Shown here in pieces: positions 11,008 through 21,711 of a DNA stretch of 64,000 nt (the first letter of the stretch is position 1; each line of letters starts with the position of its first letter). Below the pieces are notes generated by a model. It had not been told where the DNA came from. It searched no databases and saw only the letters and a program-made list of their open reading frames with translations. Origin of the DNA: Halovenus sp. (GTDB lineage: Archaea > Halobacteriota > Halobacteria > Halobacteriales > Haloarculaceae). Position numbers and translations under genes: made by a program. Location of the stretch: positions 4,354 to 68,353 of the forward strand of contig PUNZ01000158.1 of assembly GCA_003551945.1 (NCBI GenBank), written 5' to 3'.

Positions 11008-12312
11008 ATGGAATCTCGTAGCTATACTGCAGATGCGACGCCAGGAGAGACCGTTACGGTCGCTGGCTGGGTCCACGAAGTACGCGACCTCGGAGGGATT
11101 GCCTTTGTCATTCTCCGGGACACGACCGGGAAAATTCAGATAAAGTTCGAAAAAGACGAGATGGATGAGGACCTCGTCGAAACTGGCCTCGGTGTCCACC
11201 GAGAAAGTGTCATCGCCGTCACCGGCGCTGTTGAGGAGGAAGAGCGAGCACCAACGGGTGTCGAAATCACACCTGAGTCCGTTGAGGTGCTTGCCGACGC
11301 CGACCCTGAACTCCCGCTTGACCCCTCTGGGAAGGTCGACGCAGAGCTTCCGACCCGACTCGATAACCGAACCCTTGACCTGCGAAAATCGGAGGTCCAA
11401 GCTATCTTTGAGATTCGCGCGGAGATGTTTCGCTCGATTCGTGAAGCCTTCCGGGATGTTGGCTGTACGGAAATCAACACACCGAAAATTGTCGCAACCG
11501 GTACGGAAGGCGGTACAGAACTGTTCCCAATCACGTATTTCGGCGAGGAAGCGTTCATGAACCAGAGTCCACAGCTGTTCAAACAGTTGATGGTCGGCTC
11601 CGGACTTGAGCGCGTATTCGAAATTGGGCCAATCTTCCGCGCGGAAGAACACAACACTCCACGGCACCTGAACGAAGCAACCTCAATCGACTTTGAATCG
11701 GCATTTACCGATGCCGAGGGTGCGATGGATGTCTGTGAAGAGATCGTCATTGCAGCCTACGAAGGCGTTGCAGAAAATTGCGAGGCAGAACTTGAGGCAC
11801 TCGGAATGGCCGATGAGTTCGAAGCTCCTGAAGCAGGCTTTGAACGGATTCCATACGAGGAAGCAATCGACCGTATCAACGCGACTGGCGAACTCGACGA
11901 GATGCTTGGTTGGGGAGACGACCTCCCAACTGAGGCCGAGCGAGCGCTTGGAGAAGAAGTCGGTGAACACTACTTTATCACCGAATGGCCAAGCGAAATC
12001 AAGCCGTTCTACATCAAGGATAACGACGATGACGAAACCCTGTCGACCGGGTTTGACCTGATGCACCCACGGCTTGAGCTGGTCTCCGGTGGGCAGCGCG
12101 AACACCGACACGAACGACTCATCGAAGGATTTGAACAGCAGGGACTGGAACCCGAAGCGTTCGAGTACTACACCAAGATGTTCCGATACGGGATGCCACC
12201 ACACGCAGGCTGGGGTCTTGGTGCCGAGCGCCTTGTGATGACGATGCTCGGGCTTGATAATATCCGAGAAGCTGTGTTGTTCCCGCGAGATAGGCAACGG
12301 CTTTCGCCGTAG
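11008..12312 (+). CDS. aspS: Aspartate--tRNA(Asp/Asn) ligase
   Basis: OB fold, motif 2 FRAE, motif 3 GLGAER, C-terminal LFPRD. Confidence 0.97.
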   Translation: MESRSYTADATPGETVTVAGWVHEVRDLGGIAFVILRDTTGKIQIKFEKDEMDEDLVETGLGVHRESVIAVTGAVEEEERAPTGVEITPESVEVLADADPELPLDPSGKVDAELPTRLDNRTLDLRKSEVQAIFEIRAEMFRSIREAFRDVGCTEINTPKIVATGTEGGTELFPITYFGEEAFMNQSPQLFKQLMVGSGLERVFEIGPIFRAEEHNTPRHLNEATSIDFESAFTDAEGAMDVCEEIVIAAYEGVAENCEAELEALGMADEFEAPEAGFERIPYEEAIDRINATGELDEMLGWGDDLPTEAERALGEEVGEHYFITEWPSEIKPFYIKDNDDDETLSTGFDLMHPRLELVSGGQREHRHERLIEGFEQQGLEPEAFEYYTKMFRYGMPPHAGWGLGAERLVMTMLGLDNIREAVLFPRDRQRLSP

Positions 12313-12492
12313 GCGAAAACGTCCCTATTGAGCGGGTGCTCGTCAGAGCTTGCTCTGACGGTGTTCCCGCGAGATAGTCAGCGTCTTCGTCACGAACTCA
12401 GACGCTAAAAGCTACCGAGACGAGTATGTGAGTTTCGCCAGATAGGCAACGGCTTTCGCCGTAGGGTAAAACAGTCCTATCGAGCGGGGGCT
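12278..12492 (+). repeat. Direct and inverted duplications of the aspS 3' end with a palindromic core
   Basis: TGTTCCCGCGAGATAG at 12278 and 12362; AGATAGGCAACGGCTTTCGCCGTAGG at 12288 and 12440; palindrome CGTCAGAGC-TT-GCTCTGACG at 12341-12360. Confidence 0.85.
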
Positions 12493-12582
12493 TGCCGAAC
12501 GAGTATTGTCCCCCAGTTCGTTGTTCTCAATTCGATAGACACACCAGATGCTACATTTATACTGAACTCATACAGGGCCAGT

Positions 12583-14628
12583 GTGAGCCGTAATGTCTCT
12601 CTCCTTTCACTGGCGACGGTAGTGCTTACCATCTGGATTGCACTGGCTGTTGCCGGCCTTTTTATTGCAGATTTCGGAGAAAACGAGCCTGAACCGGTTG
12701 ACTTCGACGAAACAGTCTCAGTCGGATTGACAGCTGATGAAGAATTGCGCCTTGACGATGACGTGGGCGACCTCGAGGTTGACCTCCCACAGGCCCAGGT
12801 CTTTTACTCACAGTATCCGTACGTTGTCGGGTACTGGGGGATTGAACAGTTTGTTAACAACCACGACCGCGAAGGACATGACCAACAGTTCGGTCACTCA
12901 ATGGCGACGTATGTTACTGTCTATGACGACCAGTCGATTGAGTTGAGTGAAGACTCCTACCCGATTGTCGATGGAACCCTCCGGTGGCGCTCGGCCGAAG
13001 ACGTTGTCTACGTCGTTGAGAGCGACGCCAGAACACAAACAGGTGGAACAGCGATTCCATTCGAGCAGGAATCGAACGCTGAATCCTTTGTTGACTCGTT
13101 CGGTGGTGAAATCATTTCCTGGGAGGACGTTCTCGACTATCCATTTGATGTAGATGATGCCGAGACAGTTCGAGAGCGGACGAGTGACCAGTTAGCCGCT
13201 GCGGACGAACTGGTGACTGAAAACAGCGAAATGCTTGAACGACCGGTAAGTGTCGTTGCCGGTGAGGATGCCGAGTCTGTCACCGAAAGCGAGGACTTCC
13301 CGGGTGAATGGGACACAATTGATGAAGTTGAGACAGCAGAAACGGTCGAAGCGGGTCTCGAACGTGCTGATTCGGAGACGACCGTGCTGATAACAGAAGG
13401 GACGTACGAAGAGCACGTAACGGTGCGGGACTCCGTTACACTCGCTGGAGCAGGAGATGCCCATCTTAACGGGAGCGGCGATGGCACCGTCCTTGAGGTG
13501 CGGGCTGACGATGCTGCAGTGACTGGTCTCCAAATCGATGGCGTCGGCAACGAAACGCCGGGAGCAGATGCGACTGAAGGCCATGACCATGGCGGCCATG
13601 ACCACGACCATGGCGAAGCTGATGAAGATGCCGAATGGGATGAAGATATCGAAGAGGATTATGCCGAAGGTGATGCTGGGATCCTCGTCGACAGTGCGAC
13701 CGGTGTCCTGATACAAGACACTGCTGTGGAGACACCAGCGAGCGGAATACTGATGCGGGACAGTCCTGACGCGGTCGTTCAGAACGTCACAATCGATGGG
13801 AACCCAAATTATATCGAATCGCACATGGGCGTTGTTGCTCTGCGGTCACCGGGAGTAATTGAAGAGTCGACGTTCAAGCAAGGGCTCGATGGTGTCTACA
13901 CACATCATTCGAACGAAGTGGTGGTCCGCAACAATACGATGGTCGAAAACCGAATGGGTATCCACCTGATGTATACCTCGGATGCACTCCTCGCCAATAA
14001 CGATATCTCCAACTCGATTACCGAGGGGATTTACGTGATGACCGGTCCACAGCGAGTCGGTGTCGTCGGGAATAAGATTCAAAATACGCCAACGGGTATC
14101 GACCTTGGAGGGTCTGAGTACTACGTTGCTGAGAACAAAATCCTCGACAATGACCTGGGAATGCAACTTGATTCCGTTTCCACTGTTGTTGAACACAACG
14201 TTATCGCAGACAATTACTTTGGAATCGATACCCGTTCGATGCTCCCGACAAACCGGGTAACCGAAAACGACTTCATCGGCAACAATTATCATGTCGCCGG
14301 TAGCACCGGCCCGGAGCGTATCTGGACACACGAAGAGCGCGGAAACTACTGGGAAGGTGCTGTTGGAACGACTGACGGCGAAACGCTTGATAAAGCCTAC
14401 TCCCCGACTGACGCTGTCGATGCTGAACTCCATCGCGTGGGTGGGACACCGACACTTACACAGGCACCGGCAATGGATGCGCTGGCTGGCGTTGAAGGTG
14501 CAGTTTCAGGCATGCGCGATGGAGAGATAACCGACCGCGCACCGCTGTGCAACCCAGTGCATGCGGACTGGTTAGACGAAAACGGATGGAGCGACCGCCA
14601 ACCATTCTGCCCTGATGACACTGAATAA
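12583..14628 (+). CDS. nosD: NosD-family beta-helix protein with N-terminal NosL-like module (copy 1)
   Basis: N-terminal TM/signal, NosL-like YVVESD..TAIPF..FGG segment, parallel beta-helix repeats (NRMGIHLMYTS), GNYW motif. Confidence 0.85.
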   Translation: MSRNVSLLSLATVVLTIWIALAVAGLFIADFGENEPEPVDFDETVSVGLTADEELRLDDDVGDLEVDLPQAQVFYSQYPYVVGYWGIEQFVNNHDREGHDQQFGHSMATYVTVYDDQSIELSEDSYPIVDGTLRWRSAEDVVYVVESDARTQTGGTAIPFEQESNAESFVDSFGGEIISWEDVLDYPFDVDDAETVRERTSDQLAAADELVTENSEMLERPVSVVAGEDAESVTESEDFPGEWDTIDEVETAETVEAGLERADSETTVLITEGTYEEHVTVRDSVTLAGAGDAHLNGSGDGTVLEVRADDAAVTGLQIDGVGNETPGADATEGHDHGGHDHDHGEADEDAEWDEDIEEDYAEGDAGILVDSATGVLIQDTAVETPASGILMRDSPDAVVQNVTIDGNPNYIESHMGVVALRSPGVIEESTFKQGLDGVYTHHSNEVVVRNNTMVENRMGIHLMYTSDALLANNDISNSITEGIYVMTGPQRVGVVGNKIQNTPTGIDLGGSEYYVAENKILDNDLGMQLDSVSTVVEHNVIADNYFGIDTRSMLPTNRVTENDFIGNNYHVAGSTGPERIWTHEERGNYWEGAVGTTDGETLDKAYSPTDAVDAELHRVGGTPTLTQAPAMDALAGVEGAVSGMRDGEITDRAPLCNPVHADWLDENGWSDRQPFCPDDTE

Positions 14629-14718
14629 CGGACGAATGAACGAGAGCACACTCATGGATGATTGGAGATTCAACGAACGGACGAACGTGGCGATGAGGAA
14701 TCAGGTGATGATGAACGC

Positions 14719-15498
14719 ATGACGTCTACACAATCAGAACAGACTGGTTTCGAGACCGCTGCTGATTCAACGGTCTTACGAGCAACAGATATCGAACACT
14801 CTTACGGACAGGTAGAGGTCCTTGAGGGAGTTTCTCTTGAGTTACATGAAGGGGCCGTTACCGCACTTATTGGACCAAACGGCGCAGGGAAAACAACCTT
14901 CATCAGAGCGCTCGCAGGGTTGCACACACCGACTGCCGGCGAGATATCATACAGTGGACCCGATAGACCCAGACAAATTGGCTATCTCCCACAGCGGCCA
15001 GCCTTCAGACCGGGACAGACTGTCGAGCAGGCACTGACATTTTACGCATCGCTCGTTGGCCTCTCAAGTGAGCAGGCGCTTTCGGCTCTCGATACAGTTG
15101 GTCTGCTGGATGCGAAGGATCGAGATGTTGACGCGCTGTCGGGTGGAATGAAACGGCTCGTCGGGATCGCACAGGCACGTATTGGGAACCCACCTATCGT
15201 TATTCTGGATGAACCAGGGAGTGGCCTTGACCCCGAAATGAGTCTTCATGTCTTCCAGTCGCTGAATGACCTCGCAGCCGACGGGACGGCCATCCTGCTG
15301 AGTTCCCACGACCTCGCCTTGGTTGAGGAAACGGCTGATACCGTTGTTATGTTAGATGATGGAAGCCTGCTCTATCATGGCTCGCCCTCGGAAGTCATCG
15401 CAGAAGCCAATGCAACCTCGCTGCTTGATGTGTTCAGAGAATCCAGACGAGCGGAGGCAGGGACGGTTAGTGTACGCGGGGTGACCGATAATGACTGA
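14719..15498 (+). CDS. nosF: ABC transporter ATP-binding protein, NosF-like (copy 1)
   Basis: Walker A GPNGAGKT, LSGG signature, LDEP, SSH; start uncertain (14662 or 14719). Confidence 0.85.
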   Translation: MTSTQSEQTGFETAADSTVLRATDIEHSYGQVEVLEGVSLELHEGAVTALIGPNGAGKTTFIRALAGLHTPTAGEISYSGPDRPRQIGYLPQRPAFRPGQTVEQALTFYASLVGLSSEQALSALDTVGLLDAKDRDVDALSGGMKRLVGIAQARIGNPPIVILDEPGSGLDPEMSLHVFQSLNDLAADGTAILLSSHDLALVEETADTVVMLDDGSLLYHGSPSEVIAEANATSLLDVFRESRRAEAGTVSVRGVTDND

Positions 15499-16390
15499 GC
15501 AGGTTGATGCGGGCGAGTCAGGTGTGATGGAACAAGGAGAGCAGACGATGAACGTAGACGAGGCAACAATCAAGGAGCCATCAACTGGGTCCGTCTTTGC
15601 ATCATTTGTTCGGCGTGAGATAAACACGGCAATCCTCACTGGGAGTTTCGTTGCGCTCGCGCTCACCGTATTCACCGTCATTATTGGGATTACGCTCGTG
15701 GGAAGCGGCTTTTCGGCGGGATACGTGACGACGGTTATCGAGTTGCTCACCCCGCTGCAGTTGTTAGTCCCTGTCGTTGCGTTCGTGCTTGGATTCAATG
15801 CCATTCTCAGTGACCGTCGGAGCGGCGAACTCGACGTATTACAGACCTATCCTGTCTCAGCGTGGCAGGTCGTTCTGGGCGTGTATCTCGGGCGGGCACT
15901 CGGGATGGTGATAGCCATCGGAGGACCACTCGTCTTATTGTTCATCCCGATTGCCACAACAGACACACCACGTTTGCCGATGTATGCCTCACATACGGGG
16001 GCAGATACGCCGATTTTATACCTTCGCCTTATTGTCTTAACCCTCTTGTTTGCGCTCGTGATGCTTGCGGTCGCAGTGGCACTTTCTGCTCTCGTAAGCT
16101 CCGCACGGACGGCAGTTCTCGGCGTGGGGGTCGGCTTAATCCTCATCCTGTTTGGCCTCGACTTGGCCCTCTCTGCGGGATTCTCGATTGGATTTATTAG
16201 TGACTCCCGGTTACTCTCTTCGTTAGCGTTGAGCCCCGTGAGTGCGTTTAGAGGGCTTGTACTTGAGCTTGCACTCACTGTCACGGAAGGAACAGGGCCA
16301 GACACTGCGTCACCGGTTGCCAGTCTCATTGGCCTTTTTGTTTGGGGCGGCGGGTCGTTGGCTGTTGCGGCGTGGGCGCTGAAACAGTAA
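15491..16390 (+). CDS. nosY: ABC-2 type permease, NosY-like (copy 1)
   Basis: DRRSGELDVLQTYPVS...LGVYLGR and LSPVSAFR motifs; overlaps the nosF stop. Confidence 0.85.
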   Translation: MTEQVDAGESGVMEQGEQTMNVDEATIKEPSTGSVFASFVRREINTAILTGSFVALALTVFTVIIGITLVGSGFSAGYVTTVIELLTPLQLLVPVVAFVLGFNAILSDRRSGELDVLQTYPVSAWQVVLGVYLGRALGMVIAIGGPLVLLFIPIATTDTPRLPMYASHTGADTPILYLRLIVLTLLFALVMLAVAVALSALVSSARTAVLGVGVGLILILFGLDLALSAGFSIGFISDSRLLSSLALSPVSAFRGLVLELALTVTEGTGPDTASPVASLIGLFVWGGGSLAVAAWALKQ

Positions 16391-16572
16391 ACGGACAGCG
16401 GCACAGAAGCAACTCTCGCAACGCTTATAGATTGCACAGAAATTATGTTGCGTTGACAGGCTCTTCGGTGCCGTTTTACAATACTCTTTGAGATGCGAAC
16501 TGACAACGGCGACTGGCGACTATACACTGTTGGATTAGCCGAACCACAGTGAGCCACGCGTTGAACACTTCC

Positions 16573-17178
16573 TTACGTTCCCAGCGCTGCAAGCAATTCG
16601 TCGCTGATTTCATCCTCCTCGTAGAGCTCGCCATCATGCTCGGACGCGAATGAATTAGCATCCCCTTCGTCGGAAAAGCCGATAAGCGAAGAGCCCATTG
16701 CACCCTGCACATCGCTGTCGACGACAAAGGTTAGTTCATCGGTCGGGGCGAACGAATCTGCGTTAACGTCTGCTGTGATAACTGTCGCTCCTCCGTCCTC
16801 GGACAGGTCGTACTCAACCGTAGAGTAGTCCGTACCGTAGCTCCCAACCGGTTCAAACCCCTGCCCGTCATGGTCAAGAATGAACTGATACATACAGAGG
16901 CTGCTGCAAAACCATGCAATACCGTCCTCTCTGTCCTCAACTGCTGGTGGTGCATCATCTAGATAAAACGATTGGCCAACTGGCCCAGGATGGTTCTGAA
17001 TGACCATATTACACTCATCACAGTGGTGGCCATCCTCATCCAGCGAGATTGGGTCAGGTACCTCTTCATCGTCACCAAGACATCCGGCAAGTCCACCGAC
17101 TGCACCGGCAGCAATCGTCCCGAGAACGACTCGTCTCGTCGGATATCTGCTCGCACGAACGCGTTCAACCATATCCAT
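16573..17178 (-). CDS. nosL: NosL-family copper-binding Tat lipoprotein
   Basis: TRR Tat motif, LAGC lipobox, CDECNM, FCSSLC, GAMG..IGF. Confidence 0.88.
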   Translation of the reverse strand: MDMVERVRASRYPTRRVVLGTIAAGAVGGLAGCLGDDEEVPDPISLDEDGHHCDECNMVIQNHPGPVGQSFYLDDAPPAVEDREDGIAWFCSSLCMYQFILDHDGQGFEPVGSYGTDYSTVEYDLSEDGGATVITADVNADSFAPTDELTFVVDSDVQGAMGSSLIGFSDEGDANSFASEHDGELYEEDEISDELLAALGT

Positions 17179-17257
17179 ACTAGCCGGTATTTGCACAAAG
17201 CCCCTCTGGTGTAGTCCTCGAATGAAAAACGGACGGTTCCTGTCGACTCGTCTCGGA

Positions 17258-18064
17258 TTACCTTCTTGATACAGACACCGTTGCAACCGCCAGCGAGCCA
17301 AGGAGCCACGAGAGCAACCCGGCAGCGCTTGTAACCGGCGAGGCTTGTTGTAAGTCAGTCTCAACTGCTGTTGAAAGCACTGTCTCGAAGACAAGCCCTC
17401 GATATGCACTAGTCGGCGAGACAGAGAGCACAGCCGTTAGCCATTCATCCCCAACAGTGCCACCAGCAACTCCCCTAAGAATGAGCAGGTCAAGCCCGAT
17501 AATAACCAACGCAAGCACGACCAGACCCAACACGAGCGCGCTCCGCTGGGTGCTGGCAAGTGCTGATACCGCAATCGTCATCGCAAGGACAACCAGCCCG
17601 AAGAAGACTGTTAAGCCGATAAACCGGACAAAAATAAGCGGCGAATCAACTCCCTGATGCGTTGCCAGAAACGTGGGCGTCGTAGGTGAAGTGGTGGCGA
17701 GATAGACACCCACAATCGCTAAGGGAATCGTCAACAGGACGGTAAGCGCGAGTGCTCGTCCAACAAACACCCCCAGAATATACCGGGAGACAGACACGGG
17801 ATAGGTTGCAAGGACATCTAACTCACCACGCGTCGAATCAGAAATTATCGTCCGATAACCAAGTGCAACCGCAAGGGCGGGAACCAAAAACTCCATCGGT
17901 AAGAGCAGGTCAACTGCCGTCGGAAGATAATCCGGTTCGGCATTGCTCACAAAGACAACCCCAAAGGTGACCAACAACACTCCGAGCAAGAGCGCAAGCG
18001 TAGAGCGAGCACGAACAACGGAGACAACCTCACGAGCAGCGACTGCCTGAATCTTGTTACTCAT
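17258..18064 (-). CDS. nosY: ABC-2 type permease, NosY-like (copy 2)
   Basis: DSTRGELDVLATYPVS...LGVFVGR and SPTSAYR; paralogous to 15491-16390. Confidence 0.85.
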   Translation of the reverse strand: MSNKIQAVAAREVVSVVRARSTLALLLGVLLVTFGVVFVSNAEPDYLPTAVDLLLPMEFLVPALAVALGYRTIISDSTRGELDVLATYPVSVSRYILGVFVGRALALTVLLTIPLAIVGVYLATTSPTTPTFLATHQGVDSPLIFVRFIGLTVFFGLVVLAMTIAVSALASTQRSALVLGLVVLALVIIGLDLLILRGVAGGTVGDEWLTAVLSVSPTSAYRGLVFETVLSTAVETDLQQASPVTSAAGLLSWLLGSLAVATVSVSRR

Positions 18065-18084
18065 ATTGACCCTCCATCGGTGAG

Positions 18085-18870
18085 TTACTCATCGTCCACC
18101 CCAAGGATGGCGACCTGGTTATCCGGCTTTTCGACGGCAATGTCAAACACATCCCAGAGCGAATCAGCGTCATGATGGTTGCACAGTTTTGCAGGGCTGC
18201 CCGTGTCGACGACGGAACCACCATCAAGCACGATGACTTGGTCTGCCCACTGTTCGACCAACGCCAAATCGTGTGAACTGCAGATAACTGCAGTCCCATC
18301 TGTTGCGAGTTCGTGTGCAACTTCGAAGGTCCGCTTTCGCATCGTTGGGTCGAGTCCACTGCCCGGTTCATCCAACACGACGACTGGTGGGTCACCAACT
18401 GTTGCCTGTGCGAGTCCAAGCAGCCGTGTCATCCCGCCAGAGAGAGCTTCGACACGCCTCTCTGCTGCATCTCGGAGTCCGACACGTGCAAGTAGCTCCT
18501 CCGGGTCGTCATCAACGAGCGCGGTATAGAACTCAAGTGTTTCAAGGGTGCTGAACTGTGGGCGGAAGGATGGCCGCTGAGGCAGATAGCCGATTTCGCG
18601 TTCTGCGTCGGGACCAAGATAGTGCACAGCCCCCGCTGTCGGAGACAAAAGGCCGGCAAGTGTTTTCAACAATGTTGTTTTCCCGGAGCCGTTTGGACCG
18701 ACGACGGCGGTCAATGTTCCTGACTCGATGGTTACCGACACATCGGAAAGGACAGATACTGAGCCATACGCCTGTGAAAGTTGCTCGGAGACGAGAACAG
18801 GTTCAGCAGCGGAGTCAGAGTTAGCTGCCGGTCTAGATGCAACGCCAGTAGTGGATTGTGAATCACTCAT
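18085..18870 (-). CDS. nosF: ABC transporter ATP-binding protein, NosF-like (copy 2)
   Basis: GPNGSGKT, IGYLPQRP, LSGG, LDEPGSGLDP. Confidence 0.85.
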   Translation of the reverse strand: MSDSQSTTGVASRPAANSDSAAEPVLVSEQLSQAYGSVSVLSDVSVTIESGTLTAVVGPNGSGKTTLLKTLAGLLSPTAGAVHYLGPDAEREIGYLPQRPSFRPQFSTLETLEFYTALVDDDPEELLARVGLRDAAERRVEALSGGMTRLLGLAQATVGDPPVVVLDEPGSGLDPTMRKRTFEVAHELATDGTAVICSSHDLALVEQWADQVIVLDGGSVVDTGSPAKLCNHHDADSLWDVFDIAVEKPDNQVAILGVDDE

Positions 18871-18942
18871 CGGTGAAACACCCCAGTACGGAAGCGAGTC
18901 GGCTGGGGAGACAAAACACGTCGTGGTGGAATACAGGATTCG

Positions 18943-20961
18943 TTAGCGGTCATAGTCTTCTTCAAGTTCTGCAATCATTTCCGGGTTGACCGGTTCAGAC
19001 AGCGGTGCGGTATCGATGATATTGCCTTCACGCATTCCTGGAGTCGTATCACGCACTGCATCTAGCGTCATCGCTGCCGGCGACGCAGAGAGCGTCACAG
19101 CACCCGGCGTGCTGAGCAGTTTCCCTTCAACAGGGTCAGACGGAGAGTAGCGCTCCTGTCCCGGATGGACCGTTGCTCCATCCCAGTAGTTCCCGACACC
19201 CTCATGAGTCCAAATCAACAGCGGCCCTGTACTGGGTCGTGCCGGAACATCGTTGTTCACGATATCATTTTCGACGACACGGTTGCTCGGTCGTATCGAG
19301 GAAGCACTGATGCCAACGTCGTTCCCATAGATGACGTTTCGCTCATAGAGCGAGTTGCTCGCACCCGTTGACATACCGCGGTCATTCCCTGCAATAACGT
19401 TTTCAGCAATATAACTCCGCGAGCCAGCAGGAAGGATTCCTGCAGCAGCATCTCGGACCTCGTTGCCCACAACCGCGTTCCCTGCTGGGTCAGTCATGAT
19501 AGTGATACCACCGCTTTCCTGTCCGGAAACTGAATTATCGGCAATCAACGAATCGGAAGTATGCATCGTATGAATACCAAATCGATTATCGGTCAGTGTA
19601 TTGTTTCGTATGACGGTTTCGTGTGAGCGGTGCACGTAGATACTATCTCGTCCGTGCGCAATTGTTGAGTCCTGGATGACTGTTGGGGACCGCATCGCAA
19701 CCACGCCCATGAACCCTTCAGCCCAGTTTTCGTGACCCTCAATATCGACCCTCTCGACTGCGCTTTTTCCGACATCACGGAGCAACACCCCATTTGTGGG
19801 TGTTTCGATTGCGACGTCCGCAACGTAAATCTCGGTGACATCCGCCGCAGTGATACCTGCATCACCATGGCCATAGCCTTCTTCAACCCGTTCGTCCCAA
19901 TCACCGTCTTCATCGGCGTCATCACCTTCTCCGTCGGCAGAGTGACCTGACTCATCGTGTGCGGTCCCGTCAGCACCTTCTTCGTCCTCAGCAGGGTCAG
20001 TATTCTCTCCAACACCAGTGATGGACAGACCGGTCACTGCCACCTCATCCGCCTCTATCTCGATAACGGAATCGTTGCCATCGCCTTCAACGGTTGCCCC
20101 AGGACCAGCAAGCGTCACGCTGCTATCGATGGTGGGTTTCTCCTCATAGGTCCCGTCCGCAACGAAGACTGTTGTCTCGTTCGGCGCACGGTCAAGTCCC
20201 TCCTGAATGGTGTCGGCATATCCAATGTCCTCAGCAAGCGACAGCGAAGCAGCTTCAACTGCTGACGTGTTTTCATCACCCACGATAACGCTGACCGGGC
20301 GGTCAGCAAGCGGGCGGAGGTCCACAACAGTTGCATCCGCCATGTCGTGGAGGTCACCAACGCGCTCTCTGACAGCAGTCGCATCGTCCACATCAAAGGT
20401 GTGTTGCTGAAGCGATTCCCAGTCGACTAATTCACCGCCATAACTGGAAACAAACGCCTCTGCCTCCGCTTCGTCACTAAACGGGACCGCAGTCTGTCCG
20501 GTTGGCGTCTGAGCCTCGCTTTCGACGACGAACGTTGCTTTTTCGGCATCAATCCATGGTTGCTCGTCATCCGTTTCGAGATATCCTTCCTCGGAGAGTG
20601 AGATGTCGCTCTCGGAAAAGTCGCTCACATAGACCGTAATTGGATACCCGAACTGCTGTTGATGTCCCTCCTGTTGCAATGAATCGATTGCATGCTCAAC
20701 GCCGTGATAGCCAACGACGAACTGATATTGGGAGTAGAAAATTTGTGCCCGAGGGACCACTTGTCCTCGCTCCGCAAGATCATACTGTGCCTCGCTTGCG
20801 AGGCCGGTTGTCGTCGCTTCGTCGAACGGCACGGGCTCTGGCTGAGCACTCTCTGTGTCAACACCAAAGGCGACTGCAACGCCAACAAATCCGATGAGAC
20901 AGAGCACAATCACAGTGTACCGAACTGCGTTACTCGTTGCTAATGCACCTACGGTCGTCAC
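18943..20961 (-). CDS. nosD: NosD-family beta-helix protein with N-terminal NosL-like module (copy 2)
   Basis: Paralog of 12583-14628 (FYSQY.(Y/F)VVGY, QQFG, GNYW); start uncertain, ORF open to 21027. Confidence 0.85.
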   Translation of the reverse strand: MTTVGALATSNAVRYTVIVLCLIGFVGVAVAFGVDTESAQPEPVPFDEATTTGLASEAQYDLAERGQVVPRAQIFYSQYQFVVGYHGVEHAIDSLQQEGHQQQFGYPITVYVSDFSESDISLSEEGYLETDDEQPWIDAEKATFVVESEAQTPTGQTAVPFSDEAEAEAFVSSYGGELVDWESLQQHTFDVDDATAVRERVGDLHDMADATVVDLRPLADRPVSVIVGDENTSAVEAASLSLAEDIGYADTIQEGLDRAPNETTVFVADGTYEEKPTIDSSVTLAGPGATVEGDGNDSVIEIEADEVAVTGLSITGVGENTDPAEDEEGADGTAHDESGHSADGEGDDADEDGDWDERVEEGYGHGDAGITAADVTEIYVADVAIETPTNGVLLRDVGKSAVERVDIEGHENWAEGFMGVVAMRSPTVIQDSTIAHGRDSIYVHRSHETVIRNNTLTDNRFGIHTMHTSDSLIADNSVSGQESGGITIMTDPAGNAVVGNEVRDAAAGILPAGSRSYIAENVIAGNDRGMSTGASNSLYERNVIYGNDVGISASSIRPSNRVVENDIVNNDVPARPSTGPLLIWTHEGVGNYWDGATVHPGQERYSPSDPVEGKLLSTPGAVTLSASPAAMTLDAVRDTTPGMREGNIIDTAPLSEPVNPEMIAELEEDYDR

Positions 20962-21035
20962 TATCAACGTTAGTTCGTCGACAGTCTTAGCTGGATTGGT
21001 ATAATTCCCGAATCGGTACTTTCTCAATACGTGAC

Positions 21036-21584
21036 TCAGAGGAAGCCGCCCGTATCGCTGCCTCCGCCAAGAAGTTGGTCGGTCAGGCGAGCGAACCGGT
21101 CGGCAAGGCGGTCGGACGGACGAGGCTCGATTTCACGAAGCAACCGATAGACAGTATCTGGCTCATTTAGCTCAACGACAAACTGTTTCGTCCCGTTCGA
21201 ATCGGTCAGCGTTTTTTTCTCGACGACGTCACGGTCAACAAGATTAGAAAGATGCCACTCCACGGTACTTCTCGCCAAATCCAAACTGGCCGCTAGTTCG
21301 GCAGGGGGTTGTTGATTATCTTCAAGTAGCGTGAGGACGATTTCTCTTGTCGTTTCTCGGCGGAGGAGGGCAATGACACCGCGTTCCCATGCCGTATATG
21401 TTGGTGGATAGTAATGGGTCCGACCACAGATTTCCTCGCTTGTGAGCTCCTGTGAGCGAAGGAGGCGTTTGATATGATGTTGGGTCTGTCCAGTTGCGAT
21501 ATCCAACTGCCGACTAATTTCATTGAAGTGAATGCCGGGATTACGGCACACACAATCGCGGACGGCGGCGCGGGTATCTGACAC
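21036..21584 (-). CDS. Double winged-helix transcriptional regulator
   Basis: PGIHFNEISRQLDIATGQTQHH and LARSTVEWHL HTH motifs. Confidence 0.85.
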   Translation of the reverse strand: MSDTRAAVRDCVCRNPGIHFNEISRQLDIATGQTQHHIKRLLRSQELTSEEICGRTHYYPPTYTAWERGVIALLRRETTREIVLTLLEDNQQPPAELAASLDLARSTVEWHLSNLVDRDVVEKKTLTDSNGTKQFVVELNEPDTVYRLLREIEPRPSDRLADRFARLTDQLLGGGSDTGGFL

Positions 21585-21711
21585 GAATTGGTCACCTACT
21601 GATGGCTATGTGATGGGGCATATAAATTCCCGCTGTTCTCAGGGTCATTATCCCCGCAAAATCGATGACAGGTCAGTGATTTCATAAACGGTTGTCGCAT
21701 AGACTGGAGCG

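Noticed and set aside
16493-16552. 19-aa ORF MRTDNGDWRLYTVGLAEPQ between convergent nosY and nosL
   Set aside because: Too short, with no motif or other support
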